From positions 256,001-320,000 of the forward strand of contig JBJBEO010000001.1 in the NCBI GenBank assembly GCA_047284725.1: DNA of 64,000 nt, written 5' to 3'. Each line of letters starts with the position of its first letter. Position 1 is the stretch's first letter. Below the pieces are notes generated by a model, which saw only the letters and a list, made by a program, of their open reading frames with translations, was not told the DNA's origin and did no database searches. This DNA comes from Synechococcus sp. GTDB lineage: Bacteria; Cyanobacteriota; Cyanobacteriia; PCC-6307; Cyanobiaceae. Shown piece after piece: positions 28,864 through 39,308 of this stretch. The translations under genes and the position numbers were made by a program.

Positions 28864-29004
28864 TCAACCGAGGCCGATCTGGGTGAGGATGCCCTGGCCT
28901 GTGAGCAATTCGGTGCCGAGGCCGATCACAAAGCCCAGCATGGCGAGACGGCCATTCCAGGTCTCAGCGAAGTTCACGAAGCCGAAGCGGGAGTTGTCAG
29001 ACAT
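28864..29004 (-). CDS. hli: high-light-inducible protein (CAB/ELIP/HLIP)
   Basis: Hand translation MSDNSRFGFVNFAETWNGRLAMLGFVIGLGTELLTGQGILTQIGLG; contains the ExxNGRxAMxG chlorophyll-binding motif. Confidence 0.95.
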   Translation of the reverse strand: MSDNSRFGFVNFAETWNGRLAMLGFVIGLGTELLTGQGILTQIGLG

Positions 29005-29096
29005 GGGAGTAACTTCAAGACTTGCCAATAGTAACAAAAGATTGAGTTTTGTTGAGCTTTTAGGCGCTCGTTCCGCGGGTCGGGCGTCGGTGTCGC

Positions 29097-31712
29097 TCAG
29101 CCCTTGTGGTGCGGGCCTTTGCCAGGGACCCTGTTGCTGTGTCTGTTTTTGGTCTTGGCGGTGGCTTCGCTGCTGCGGGGATCCTCAGGCCAAGGGTGCT
29201 TGGGGTAGCGACCACGCATTTCACGGCGGACGGCTTGGTAGCTGCCTTGCCAGAAGCCGGCGAGGTCTTGGGTGCGTTGAAGTGGTCTGCCGGCGGGGGA
29301 CAGCAGCTCCAAGGTGACGGGGAGCTCTCCATCGAGCACCGAAGGTCCCTGTTCGCATCCGAACATCTCCTGCAGTTTCACGGCCAGCAGAACGTTGTCG
29401 TCGCTGTAGTGAAGGCGGGCGTAACGGCCGGTTGGGATCTGGATCCGCTCGGGCAGAAGGCGGTCAACGCGTTGACGTGTTGTCCAGGGGAGGTCGCCCC
29501 AGAGCGCTTCGATCAGCATGTCTTCGGAGACATCGCGCCAGGCCAGGCAGCCAGACAGTGCGTTGGCGAGCCAGGTCTCAGGTGCCAGGCCAAGGTGGTT
29601 GAGGTCGCGACAGGGCCAGTCTTCCTGCTGCCCACGTTTGCTGTACAGCAGCTGCATGCGGGCTCGCAGTTGCTGGCTGCGATCACTCCAGGGCAGGGGG
29701 CTCAGGCCACCTTCGCGAAGTTGCTCCAGCAGAAGCTCACAGGCTGCTTCGGAGGGAGGCCTTGGCTCCGTTCGTGTTGCCACTGTCAACGCCCCCAGTA
29801 CCAGCGTGCTGCGAGCGCGGACGCTGCCGCCGGCGGCATGCCAAAAAACATCGGTTTGCCATTCGCCTTCGAGTTCTGCGCGTTCCCGTAACCATTCCGC
29901 TGGGAGAGGAAGGGCGAGTTGAATGCGTGCATTGCTCTGCCCTAAATCAAGCCGTGCAACGGCTAGGACCTGTTCCCCTATGAGGGCATCCTCCGCGTGC
30001 AGCAAGGCTCCTCGTCCTTGGCGCAGTTGATAACGCCCCGGTTGCCCGGGTCGTTGAAGCGCCAACCATTCCGGGAATGCGCAAGCCACCAGGCGCGCCG
30101 CCACAGCGGCATCGGTGTCATGGCAGGAGGGGCCCTCATCCCAATCGTCCAGCGTTGAATCAGGTGATGCCGCCACACCCTTGAGTTGGCTTCTAAATTG
30201 CCGGCTCAGCCTTTGAATCACGCTCAGCCGTTCCCCGATGTGGTGCTTGAGCCTGTCAAGGCGGGCGCCGATATCGACACCATCGTTCCGGGTATTGAGA
30301 GGGTCTCTTTCGCTCAGCAGGGCTGCAAGATCGGCCCCCAGCTGGTCGTAACCCCAGGCTCGCGCCTGCAGCAGAAGCATGGCCAGACGCGGGTGAGTGC
30401 CGAGGCCCGTGAGCTGTTTCCCGGCCGCTGTGAGGGATCCAGCTTTGGTCAGCACCCCAAGCTGCTCCAGCTGTTGACGGCCCTCGCGCAGTGCGGGGGC
30501 GGACGGGGGGTCCAGCCATGGCAGCTCCTCGCCCAGGCCGGCGCCCCAAGCGGCCAGGTCGAGCACCAACGGCTGTGGGTCACATCGCAACAGCTCGGGC
30601 GGATCATGCCGAGGTCTGCGCTGCTGCTCTGCTGGAGACCAGAGGCGCACGCACTGGCCAGGACCCTGGCGGCCCGCCCTCCCCCGTCTCTGGTCTGCAC
30701 TGGCCAGGCTGGAGGGGACGGTCACGAGGCCTTCCATGCCGCTGCCTGGGGCGTAGCGGTTCTGGCGGCTGAGGCCGCTATCGATCACGAGACGCACGCC
30801 ATCGATGGTGAGAGAGCTTTCAGCGATGGCCGTGGCGAGAACGACGCGACCATCGACGCCGCTGCGGCAAGGCCTGAGGGCTTGGGCCTGGGCGGACAGG
30901 GACTGCTGGCCGTGGAGGCAGCAGATCTCCCAATCAAGGAGTGAGGAGGCCTTTTCCAGCAGCTCCCGGCATCGCTCGACCTCTCTGAGGCCTGGGAGAA
31001 ACACCAGCACCGTGGGGACATCGTCGGCGCCGGGCTGGCCTTGAGGCGCTGTCAACGCGAGACCGTGCTCTTCGATCGCGCGCAGCACCGTGCGGTGGAG
31101 GGGTTCGTCGGGCCTGGGAGGGAGATGCTGAGTCTCCACAGGAAATGAACGCCCCTCGCTGGTGACGACGGCTGCATGGGGAAGCCGTCCCTGAAGATGG
31201 CTGATGTCAAGGGTGGCTGACATCAGCAGCAGGCTCAGGTCGGGGCGTAACAGTGCCTGGGTGTCGCGCACCAGGGTGAGGGCGAGATCGCTGTCTCGGC
31301 CCCGTTCGTGAAATTCATCAAAGATCACGCAGCCAACCCCCTTCAATTCAGGGTCGGCCTGCAGGCGGCGAAGGAAAAGCCCGGCTGTGATTACCTCCAG
31401 CTCAGTCCGGTTGCTGCGCTGGTGTTCGTGGCGAACGGCGTAGCCAACGCGCTCGCCGACCGCCTCGCCCAGTTGTTGGGCGAGGCGTGACGCCGCCGCT
31501 TTGGTGGCGAGACGTCTGGGCTCGAGCATCAGCAGCATCCCTTCCATCACTGGAATCGTCGGCCAATGCCCAAGAAGTGCCAGAGGGACGCGCGTGGTTT
31601 TTCCTGCCCCCGGTGGGGCTTGCAACAACACCAGGGATCCTGGCGTGAGGCTCTCGCGTAAGGCGGGTAGGACGGGGTCGATCGGGAAGGCTCCCGATGG
31701 ATCGGAGCTCAA
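29097..31712 (-). CDS. hrpB: ATP-dependent helicase HrpB
   Basis: GAGKTT, DEFHER, MSAT, QRRGRAGR, and the HrpB C-terminus GRYPKHPWPEDP. Confidence 0.95.
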   Translation of the reverse strand: MSSDPSGAFPIDPVLPALRESLTPGSLVLLQAPPGAGKTTRVPLALLGHWPTIPVMEGMLLMLEPRRLATKAAASRLAQQLGEAVGERVGYAVRHEHQRSNRTELEVITAGLFLRRLQADPELKGVGCVIFDEFHERGRDSDLALTLVRDTQALLRPDLSLLLMSATLDISHLQGRLPHAAVVTSEGRSFPVETQHLPPRPDEPLHRTVLRAIEEHGLALTAPQGQPGADDVPTVLVFLPGLREVERCRELLEKASSLLDWEICCLHGQQSLSAQAQALRPCRSGVDGRVVLATAIAESSLTIDGVRLVIDSGLSRQNRYAPGSGMEGLVTVPSSLASADQRRGRAGRQGPGQCVRLWSPAEQQRRPRHDPPELLRCDPQPLVLDLAAWGAGLGEELPWLDPPSAPALREGRQQLEQLGVLTKAGSLTAAGKQLTGLGTHPRLAMLLLQARAWGYDQLGADLAALLSERDPLNTRNDGVDIGARLDRLKHHIGERLSVIQRLSRQFRSQLKGVAASPDSTLDDWDEGPSCHDTDAAVAARLVACAFPEWLALQRPGQPGRYQLRQGRGALLHAEDALIGEQVLAVARLDLGQSNARIQLALPLPAEWLRERAELEGEWQTDVFWHAAGGSVRARSTLVLGALTVATRTEPRPPSEAACELLLEQLREGGLSPLPWSDRSQQLRARMQLLYSKRGQQEDWPCRDLNHLGLAPETWLANALSGCLAWRDVSEDMLIEALWGDLPWTTRQRVDRLLPERIQIPTGRYARLHYSDDNVLLAVKLQEMFGCEQGPSVLDGELPVTLELLSPAGRPLQRTQDLAGFWQGSYQAVRREMRGRYPKHPWPEDPRSSEATAKTKNRHSNRVPGKGPHHKG

Positions 31713-31723
31713 TGCACGCTGAC

Positions 31724-31828
31724 TCAGCTGAACAGGTTAAGAAGGCCGAGCAGCAAGAGACTGCTCACAGTGCCGAAGGCTGCGAGCAGCCGCACAAATG
31801 ACCCGAAGGAAGCAACTCGAGTGGCCAT
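31724..31828 (-). CDS. putative 34-aa single-TM small protein
   Basis: MATRVASFGSFVRLLAAFGTVSSLLLLGLLNLFS*; fills the gap just upstream of hrpB. Confidence 0.45.
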   Translation of the reverse strand: MATRVASFGSFVRLLAAFGTVSSLLLLGLLNLFS

Positions 31829-31939
31829 AAAGAAAACCTTAAGGGCCGAACTCGTTCTGTCTAACTCAGCTTGGGTCGGTGGCTGCTGTGGGTTTGCATG
31901 CCTTCACAACCGCGGTCGTCAAGGCTGTGTCCAGCAGGG

Positions 31940-32323
31940 TCAGCGCACATGTCGGGCGCCGTCAACGGGGTGGTACTCCTCGCCCGTGAGTTCTTCGTAA
32001 ACGATGGCGGGCAGGCCGGTTTCGAACATCGTCTGAAGTGCTTCCTTCAAATAGGGGTTCCAGCCACCGGTGCTCACCTTGCCGTGCCTCACGGTCCAAT
32101 CCCAGGTGCCCTGCAAATCACGGGGGATGCGGCCCTCGCGGTCTCTTCGGGCCACGAGGTCGAGGGATTCGACGAGTCCCACCACCACGGGTTGCTTGCC
32201 GTAGGCGGGTGTAAGGCTCAGCTCCAGCCGTACAGGGTCGTCCTTCAGCATGCGCAGGCGGAAGCGCGGAGGTAATTTCACGGATTTGATCACCGCCGCC
32301 ACGATCCGTGTTCGTTGATCCAC
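31940..32323 (-). CDS. conserved hypothetical protein
   Basis: 127 aa, protein-like composition, non-overlapping slot. Confidence 0.8.
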   Translation of the reverse strand: MDQRTRIVAAVIKSVKLPPRFRLRMLKDDPVRLELSLTPAYGKQPVVVGLVESLDLVARRDREGRIPRDLQGTWDWTVRHGKVSTGGWNPYLKEALQTMFETGLPAIVYEELTGEEYHPVDGARHVR

Positions 32324-32383
32324 CTGGGAGTCCCCCTACGAGTCCAATCGGCGCTGTCATGGCCGCCGTGGCACCAACCTTAT

Positions 32384-32614
32384 TCAGTCGGGGTTCGCGG
32401 GGGAATCCTGATCGCCTCCGAATCGCACAGTGAGCAGATCCTCTTCGGTGAGGCGACCGTCTTGATCGAGCAATTCCGGGTGAACGGTGACTTTGCCGGT
32501 TCGATCCTTGTCTGGCCGGACTGCCTTGAAGCCAGTTCCCATCACTTTGAACGCTTGCCACAGCAGCAGCACAAACACTGCGCCATACATCAGTGGAAAC
32601 AGGCTGTTCAGCAT
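32384..32614 (-). CDS. DUF2973-like membrane protein
   Basis: TM segment, then TVHPELLD..G....EDLLTVRF. Confidence 0.8.
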   Translation of the reverse strand: MLNSLFPLMYGAVFVLLLWQAFKVMGTGFKAVRPDKDRTGKVTVHPELLDQDGRLTEEDLLTVRFGGDQDSPANPD

Positions 32615-32778
32615 GGTGGAGTGCCAGTTGAGTGGGCGTCGTCGGCTGTGCCAGGTCTGGAGCGTTCCCCAATCATCGCTGGTCTGGTTGCATCTGGTCA
32701 TCGATGGGCACTGTTTGCCTGCTGACCGGGGGGTGCATCTTGCCTACGGTCTGTGAGCTGTGTTCATCGCTCACGGTC

Positions 32779-33897
32779 ATGACGAGACGCTCTTCCGCTG
32801 CTTGGCTTGTCTCGATGGCTGCTCTTGCGATCCCTCTGCTCCCTCCTCGACCCGTGCTGGCAGCGTCTGCCGCTCAAGCCCTCCTGGCCCCGCGATCGTT
32901 CGTGGCGGAAGCGGTGAAGCGGAGCGGACCTGCTGTGGTGACCTTGGAAACCAGTCGGACGGTGTCCAGCGCCCGTTCGCGAGGTGTCCCAACCGGGCTG
33001 ATGCAGGATCCCTTCTTCCGGCGTTTGTTTGGCCTGCAGGCTCCTCGGCCTCAGTCAGCTCGCATTGAGCGGAATCAGGGCAGTGGAGTGATCTTTGATG
33101 CGTCTGGCCTGGTGCTAACCAATGCGCACGTCGTGGAGAACATTGATCAAGTGATGGTGGGCCTCCCCGATGGTCGCCGTGTGTCGGGGCAAGTGGTGGG
33201 TCAGGACAGCCTCACCGATCTGGCTGTGATTCGACTTGATCAACAGGGGCCGTGGCCCCTGGCTCCCCTGGGTGACTCCGATCAGTTGGAGGTGGGTGAT
33301 TGGGCGATTGCTGTTGGCAACCCATTCGGCTTGGAAAACACGGTGACGCTTGGAATCATCAGCAATCTCAACCGCAATGTGTCGCAGCTGGGAATCGCTG
33401 GGAAGCGATTGGATTTGATTCAGACCGATGCGGCCATCAATCCGGGCAATTCCGGTGGTCCTCTTCTCAATGCTGCTGGCGAGGTGATCGGCATCAACAC
33501 CTTGGTGCGTTCAGGCCCCGGAGCCGGCCTGGGGTTTGCGATCCCGATCAACCGAGCTCGCGCCATTGCTCGGCAACTGGTTGACTCCGGCAGGGCGAGC
33601 CATCCGATGGTGGGCGTCGGCTTGTCGCCTGTGCCTTCCATCCAGCCCGGTGGCAGTGCACCTCCTGGGGCTGTTGTGCGCACCTTGGTGCCCGGCGGCC
33701 CCGCTGTCCTGGCGGGACTTCAAGTGAAAGACGTGATCATCTCCATCGGTGGAGCGTTGGTGGAGGGGCCGCAAGATGTGGTGACGGCCATCGATCGCCA
33801 AGGGGTCGGTGAGCCTTTGGACCTTGTGGTTCGGCGTGCCGATCGGCGTCTGCAGTTAACAATTATCCCTGTGGACATGCGTGCGCTTCAGCGTTGA
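32779..33897 (+). CDS. HtrA/Deg serine protease with PDZ domain
   Basis: [25 protein letters not shown] and a C-terminal PDZ. Confidence 0.95.
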   Translation: MTRRSSAAWLVSMAALAIPLLPPRPVLAASAAQALLAPRSFVAEAVKRSGPAVVTLETSRTVSSARSRGVPTGLMQDPFFRRLFGLQAPRPQSARIERNQGSGVIFDASGLVLTNAHVVENIDQVMVGLPDGRRVSGQVVGQDSLTDLAVIRLDQQGPWPLAPLGDSDQLEVGDWAIAVGNPFGLENTVTLGIISNLNRNVSQLGIAGKRLDLIQTDAAINPGNSGGPLLNAAGEVIGINTLVRSGPGAGLGFAIPINRARAIARQLVDSGRASHPMVGVGLSPVPSIQPGGSAPPGAVVRTLVPGGPAVLAGLQVKDVIISIGGALVEGPQDVVTAIDRQGVGEPLDLVVRRADRRLQLTIIPVDMRALQR

Positions 33898-34092
33898 TTA
33901 GTCGTCTGAATTGCGAAGTTGATCAACACAGCGGGTGATGCATTCACCATCATCTAGCGAGCAAGTCGTAATGCACTCGAAGTAGGTCTCGACCGAGTCC
34001 CACGTTTGTTCGTGCTTCTGGTCGTCGCCATGGCTGCGTTCCGTGGTGGCGTCCTGATTCAGGTCTTCATGGAGTGATTGGTTGCTTTCCAT
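33898..34092 (-). CDS. small acidic four-cysteine protein
   Basis: 64 aa; YFECITTCSLDDGECITRC. Confidence 0.75.
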   Translation of the reverse strand: MESNQSLHEDLNQDATTERSHGDDQKHEQTWDSVETYFECITTCSLDDGECITRCVDQLRNSDD

Positions 34093-34207
34093 GGCAGTCC
34101 TGAATCAGTGAAGTCAGCATATGCACACAAAAATTCTGGGTAAAGCGAAATGAGTTTTCCTGCTTAACCCAGTGTGAAGTTTCGTCTCGTCCAGGCGCTG
34201 TCTTGCG

Positions 34208-35932
<1,725 letters not shown>

Positions 35933-36013
35933 AGGGATGGGGGCAGGCGTTCTTCATCATCCCGTGTGACGGTGCGAGGCAGACTGGTGGGACGTGAATG
36001 GAGTCCCTGGGCC

Positions 36014-36175
36014 ATGCGGCGACTCGAACAGGTCACGGCTCTGGTTGTGGCGGCAGGTCTGGCGATCGTGAGTTATTGGCTGTTCTTCAGCTGGGCGGAT
36101 GGAGGTGGATACAGCCCGCAGAGGCAGTCGCCCAGCCCGGCCGATGCACGGGTCCAGTCCAGGCAGTCTCCCTGA
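36014..36175 (+). CDS. small single-TM hypothetical protein
   Basis: MRRLEQVTALVVAAGLAIVSYWLFFSWADGGG...; 53 aa in an intergenic slot. Confidence 0.65.
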   Translation: MRRLEQVTALVVAAGLAIVSYWLFFSWADGGGYSPQRQSPSPADARVQSRQSP

Positions 36176-36224
36176 ACCTGCCAGCCCTCAGTCAGGTTGA
36201 GCTGGGGTGGAAGCGAAGAGAGCC

Positions 36225-36452
36225 TCAGAGCCCCCCTCGCGCCTTGATCAACCATTGCTTGGTGAGGTCATCATCAAGACTGCCCAGATGCGCTTTCACC
36301 TCGTCTGAGGACACTGGAAGCCCCAGTGACTGACCGATCTCGCAGATGGCAGCGATGGCGCCGGAAGGATTCTGCAGGGCTTGGCGGAAAAGCCCGTTGG
36401 TGAGCTCACGGTCGCTTTCGATCCGGCGATAAAGCTCAGCGGCGTTGCTCAT
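36225..36452 (-). CDS. hypothetical protein (Nif11-leader-like)
   Basis: 75 aa from ATG 36452, helical pattern, GLPVSSDEV, ends ARGGL. Confidence 0.7.
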   Translation of the reverse strand: MSNAAELYRRIESDRELTNGLFRQALQNPSGAIAAICEIGQSLGLPVSSDEVKAHLGSLDDDLTKQWLIKARGGL

Positions 36453-36523
36453 GGAGACGGTGCGTCCTGGTTCAACGCTAATTCCGGAGGGAAGGATGTC
36501 GATGGCGGCTGTTGCGATCTCTT

Positions 36524-36958
36524 TCAAGCTGCAAGATCGAGGTCAGCCTCGCGAAGGCCTGTTGCCGAGGCGTCTTCCATGCTGCGTGCATCCATGCACA
36601 GCACTTTCCGCAATTGGGCGTAGTTGGCGGCCTGCGAGCTGCGTCCATCTTGGACGGCGCTGAATTCAGCCCGCTGCAGCACGTGGTGAAGGTGCGTCAG
36701 CAAATAGGTGCTGATCACCGCTGAAACGAGCACATCGCTGTTGTCTTGGCTGAGCTGCCGGCGTCGCGCCGCGCCAGGCTTGGTGCGCCCTGATGGCTTG
36801 CTGCGCGGCTGGCGTCGTCGTGGAGCAGGGTTCGGCAGGTCCGGCATCTGCAGGCTGTCGCCTGCAGATGGCTTGCCAGCGAACGACTTGGCCGCATCGG
36901 TGCTGGTTTGTGTTGCGGGTTCCCCGGCACGGGACGTCTTGCTGGCTGAACGGGGCAT
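36524..36958 (-). CDS. conserved hypothetical protein
   Basis: Disordered basic N-terminus plus helical SDVLVSAVISTYLLTHLHHVLQRAE...LRKVLCMDARSM. Start uncertain. Confidence 0.7.
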   Translation of the reverse strand: MPRSASKTSRAGEPATQTSTDAAKSFAGKPSAGDSLQMPDLPNPAPRRRQPRSKPSGRTKPGAARRRQLSQDNSDVLVSAVISTYLLTHLHHVLQRAEFSAVQDGRSSQAANYAQLRKVLCMDARSMEDASATGLREADLDLAA

Positions 36959-37069
36959 GGGCTCTCCGGCTGGGTGAGCGAAGTGCTGAAGCGTGACCAC
37001 AGCATAGTGCTGGATACTATCCTTGCGCATCTCAGTACACTTTGCTGTAGCTCTGACGCTTACAGGGGC

Positions 37070-37417
37070 ATGGCCACACGCCAAACCTCATCCAGTGGCA
37101 AGCCGAAGTCCCCTCGGATTCAGGTGGTGCTGCCTGAAGATCTCTGTGAGCGTTTGTCTGCCCTCGCCGCAGCTGAATCCCGCACCGTCAGCAATATGGC
37201 CAAGGTGTTGATCCAGCAGGGGGTGCAGCGGATGGAGCAGGGCAAGCCTGCTGCTGCATCCCAGTTGCAGGCTCAACCGCCTGCGCAACCAGCCGCATCG
37301 ATGTCTGCGCAGGACCTGTCCCGCAGTGCCGATCAGATCCGTTCCAAGCTGGAGTCACAGCCGCCCCGGCGTTTGCGGGGAGCGCCTCGTCGTCTGCGGC
37401 TCTACCGGCCCGGCTGA
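37070..37417 (+). CDS. ribbon-helix-helix (CopG-like) DNA-binding protein
   Basis: PRIQVVLPEDLCERLSALAAAESRTVSNMAKVLI strand-helix-helix pattern. Confidence 0.85.
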   Translation: MATRQTSSSGKPKSPRIQVVLPEDLCERLSALAAAESRTVSNMAKVLIQQGVQRMEQGKPAAASQLQAQPPAQPAASMSAQDLSRSADQIRSKLESQPPRRLRGAPRRLRLYRPG

Positions 37418-38583
37418 CACCGTTGTATCCCGGGAGGATTGACGGTCACCCCAAGAATGCTGGGTCGTGAGGCGCCTGTCACCGCCGGCGCATTGCCCGG
37501 ATGCCCACACTGATTCCACCAGGCCAGCAGGGCAAAGACCAGGGCTTCGCGGCTGATGGCTGGCAGGGAAAACGCGTCGCTGCGGCGCACGCGCAGTCCG
37601 CGGCAGCGGTGTTCGAGTTGCCTCATCAGCACTGGGTTGTGGCATCCGCCACCGGCGACCACCAGTTCCACTGGCCTGGGATGTCCACGGCGAACGACAT
37701 GGTCGAGGTCTTGGGCGACGACCGCTGCGGTGTAGGCGGTGAGAGTCGCGATGCAGTCGTTGGGCGACTGGTTGCCGAGCATCTGCAGACGTCGTTTGAG
37801 ATCGCTGCGGCCAAACAACTCTCGGCCAGTGGATTTGGGAGGTGGTTGGAGCAGGTAGGGCTCTTCCAGCCAGCGCTGCAGTGCTGTTTCATCGACCCGC
37901 CCGGCCGCGGCTCGCTCCCCATTGCGGTCCACCCGTTCCTCACCGCCGCTGAAGTGTTCCACCGCCAGGTCGATCAGTGTGTTGGCGGGTCCGCAGTCCC
38001 AGCCCAAGACAGCGGCATGGCGATCGGGGCCGACGCGGGGAGGGATCAGGGTGAGGTTGGCGATTCCTCCCAGATTCAGCAGTGCTCTCCAGAAAGGACC
38101 TGCTCCGAGGAGAGCCGCATCGGCCATCGGCACCAGGGGGGCTCCCTGGCCTCCGAGAGCCAGGTCAGCAGCGCGGAAGTCGTGCACCACTGGTCGTCGC
38201 AACAGCTCTGCCAACAGGGGAGCCTGCAGCATCTGCCAGCTCGCTCCTCGACGGATCAGGTCGTGGCCTGTGTGCTCCGGAGGGCGATGCCAGACCGTTT
38301 GGCCATGGCATCCCACCAGATCTGCGGTGGCATCGGGATCGCAGGCCCTGGCTGCCGCGGCTTGGTAGTCGGTGATGGTTTCCGCCAGCTCCAGCAGAGC
38401 GGCGGCGGAGTGCGACAGTCCCTGCCCCACAGCCAGAATCCGTTCCTGAAGACAGGTGGGGTAGGGCACGGTCGCGTGGCGCAGCAGGGACCATCGCGGC
38501 CGGTGAGGTGAGCCGTTGAAACTGGCCAGAACAGCATCAACGCCATCGGCACTGGTGCCGCTCATCAATCCCACAACGCGCAT
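37402..38583 (-). CDS. anmK: anhydro-N-acetylmuramic acid kinase
   Basis: GLMSGTSADGVD, HGQT, GGQGAPL, NLGGIAN, PKSTGRELF. Confidence 0.95.
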   Translation of the reverse strand: MRVVGLMSGTSADGVDAVLASFNGSPHRPRWSLLRHATVPYPTCLQERILAVGQGLSHSAAALLELAETITDYQAAAARACDPDATADLVGCHGQTVWHRPPEHTGHDLIRRGASWQMLQAPLLAELLRRPVVHDFRAADLALGGQGAPLVPMADAALLGAGPFWRALLNLGGIANLTLIPPRVGPDRHAAVLGWDCGPANTLIDLAVEHFSGGEERVDRNGERAAAGRVDETALQRWLEEPYLLQPPPKSTGRELFGRSDLKRRLQMLGNQSPNDCIATLTAYTAAVVAQDLDHVVRRGHPRPVELVVAGGGCHNPVLMRQLEHRCRGLRVRRSDAFSLPAISREALVFALLAWWNQCGHPGNAPAVTGASRPSILGVTVNPPGIQRCQPGR

Positions 38584-38588
38584 GGAGC

Positions 38589-39293
38589 TCAGTCCTTGGG
38601 CAGGTTCTGGAGATCGTCGATCAGGCCCATCACCACCAGCACATTGCCCTCCACGAGCATGTGGGACGCCGGGGGGTTGACGGTGAGTTCCTTCGCCGGG
38701 CCAGCTGCCAGGACATTCACCCTGAAATTTTTGCGCAGATTCAAGTCGCGCAGAGAGCGCCCCACAAATCTGCTGGGCACCTTGATTTCCTCGATGCAGT
38801 GGCGCTCATCCAGCTCCAGCCGCTCCATCAGGTTGGGACGCACCAGTTCAAGGCCCAGACGTTCCCCCTGCATGCGGGAGGGAAACACCACGCGGTCGGC
38901 TCCGACACGCTTCAGCATCTTTTCGTGCAGATCGCTCGTGGCACGAGCGATGACGCGCCGTACACGCGTGCCCTTCCCATCTTTGGCAATCAAGGTGGCG
39001 GTAATGCTGGCCTCGATCGGTTCGCTGATGGCGACGACCACGGTTTCCATGTCGAGGATGCCAGCCTCCCGAAGGGACTCTTCATCGGTGCAGTCCACAA
39101 CCCTGGCTTCAGCGGATGGGAGTTGTTGGCGCAGCTCTTCGATCGCTCGAGCGGAGCGATCCACCGCCAGCACTTCGGCGCCGTTCTGCAGCAGTTGTTG
39201 ACAGACCGCACTGCCGAAGCGGCCCACGCCCACGATGCCAAAACTCTGCAGTCGCTCGCCTTGACTGGGGGACCAATGCCACCACTCCCTCAT
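38589..39293 (-). CDS. trkA: TrkA/KtrA potassium uptake RCK subunit
   Basis: GVGRFG Rossmann motif plus TrkA-C domain. Confidence 0.9.
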   Translation of the reverse strand: MREWWHWSPSQGERLQSFGIVGVGRFGSAVCQQLLQNGAEVLAVDRSARAIEELRQQLPSAEARVVDCTDEESLREAGILDMETVVVAISEPIEASITATLIAKDGKGTRVRRVIARATSDLHEKMLKRVGADRVVFPSRMQGERLGLELVRPNLMERLELDERHCIEEIKVPSRFVGRSLRDLNLRKNFRVNVLAAGPAKELTVNPPASHMLVEGNVLVVMGLIDDLQNLPKD

Positions 39294-39308
39294 GCCCGCC
39301 CCTCCTGA

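Noticed and set aside
29005..29060. Possible HLR1 or NtcA site upstream of hli
   Set aside because: Only one half-site-like GTTAC is visible; there is no complete direct repeat or GTA-N8-TAC.
37070..37417. RHH gene as the antitoxin of a toxin-antitoxin pair
   Set aside because: There is no co-oriented toxin-like neighbour; the downstream gene is the convergent anmK.
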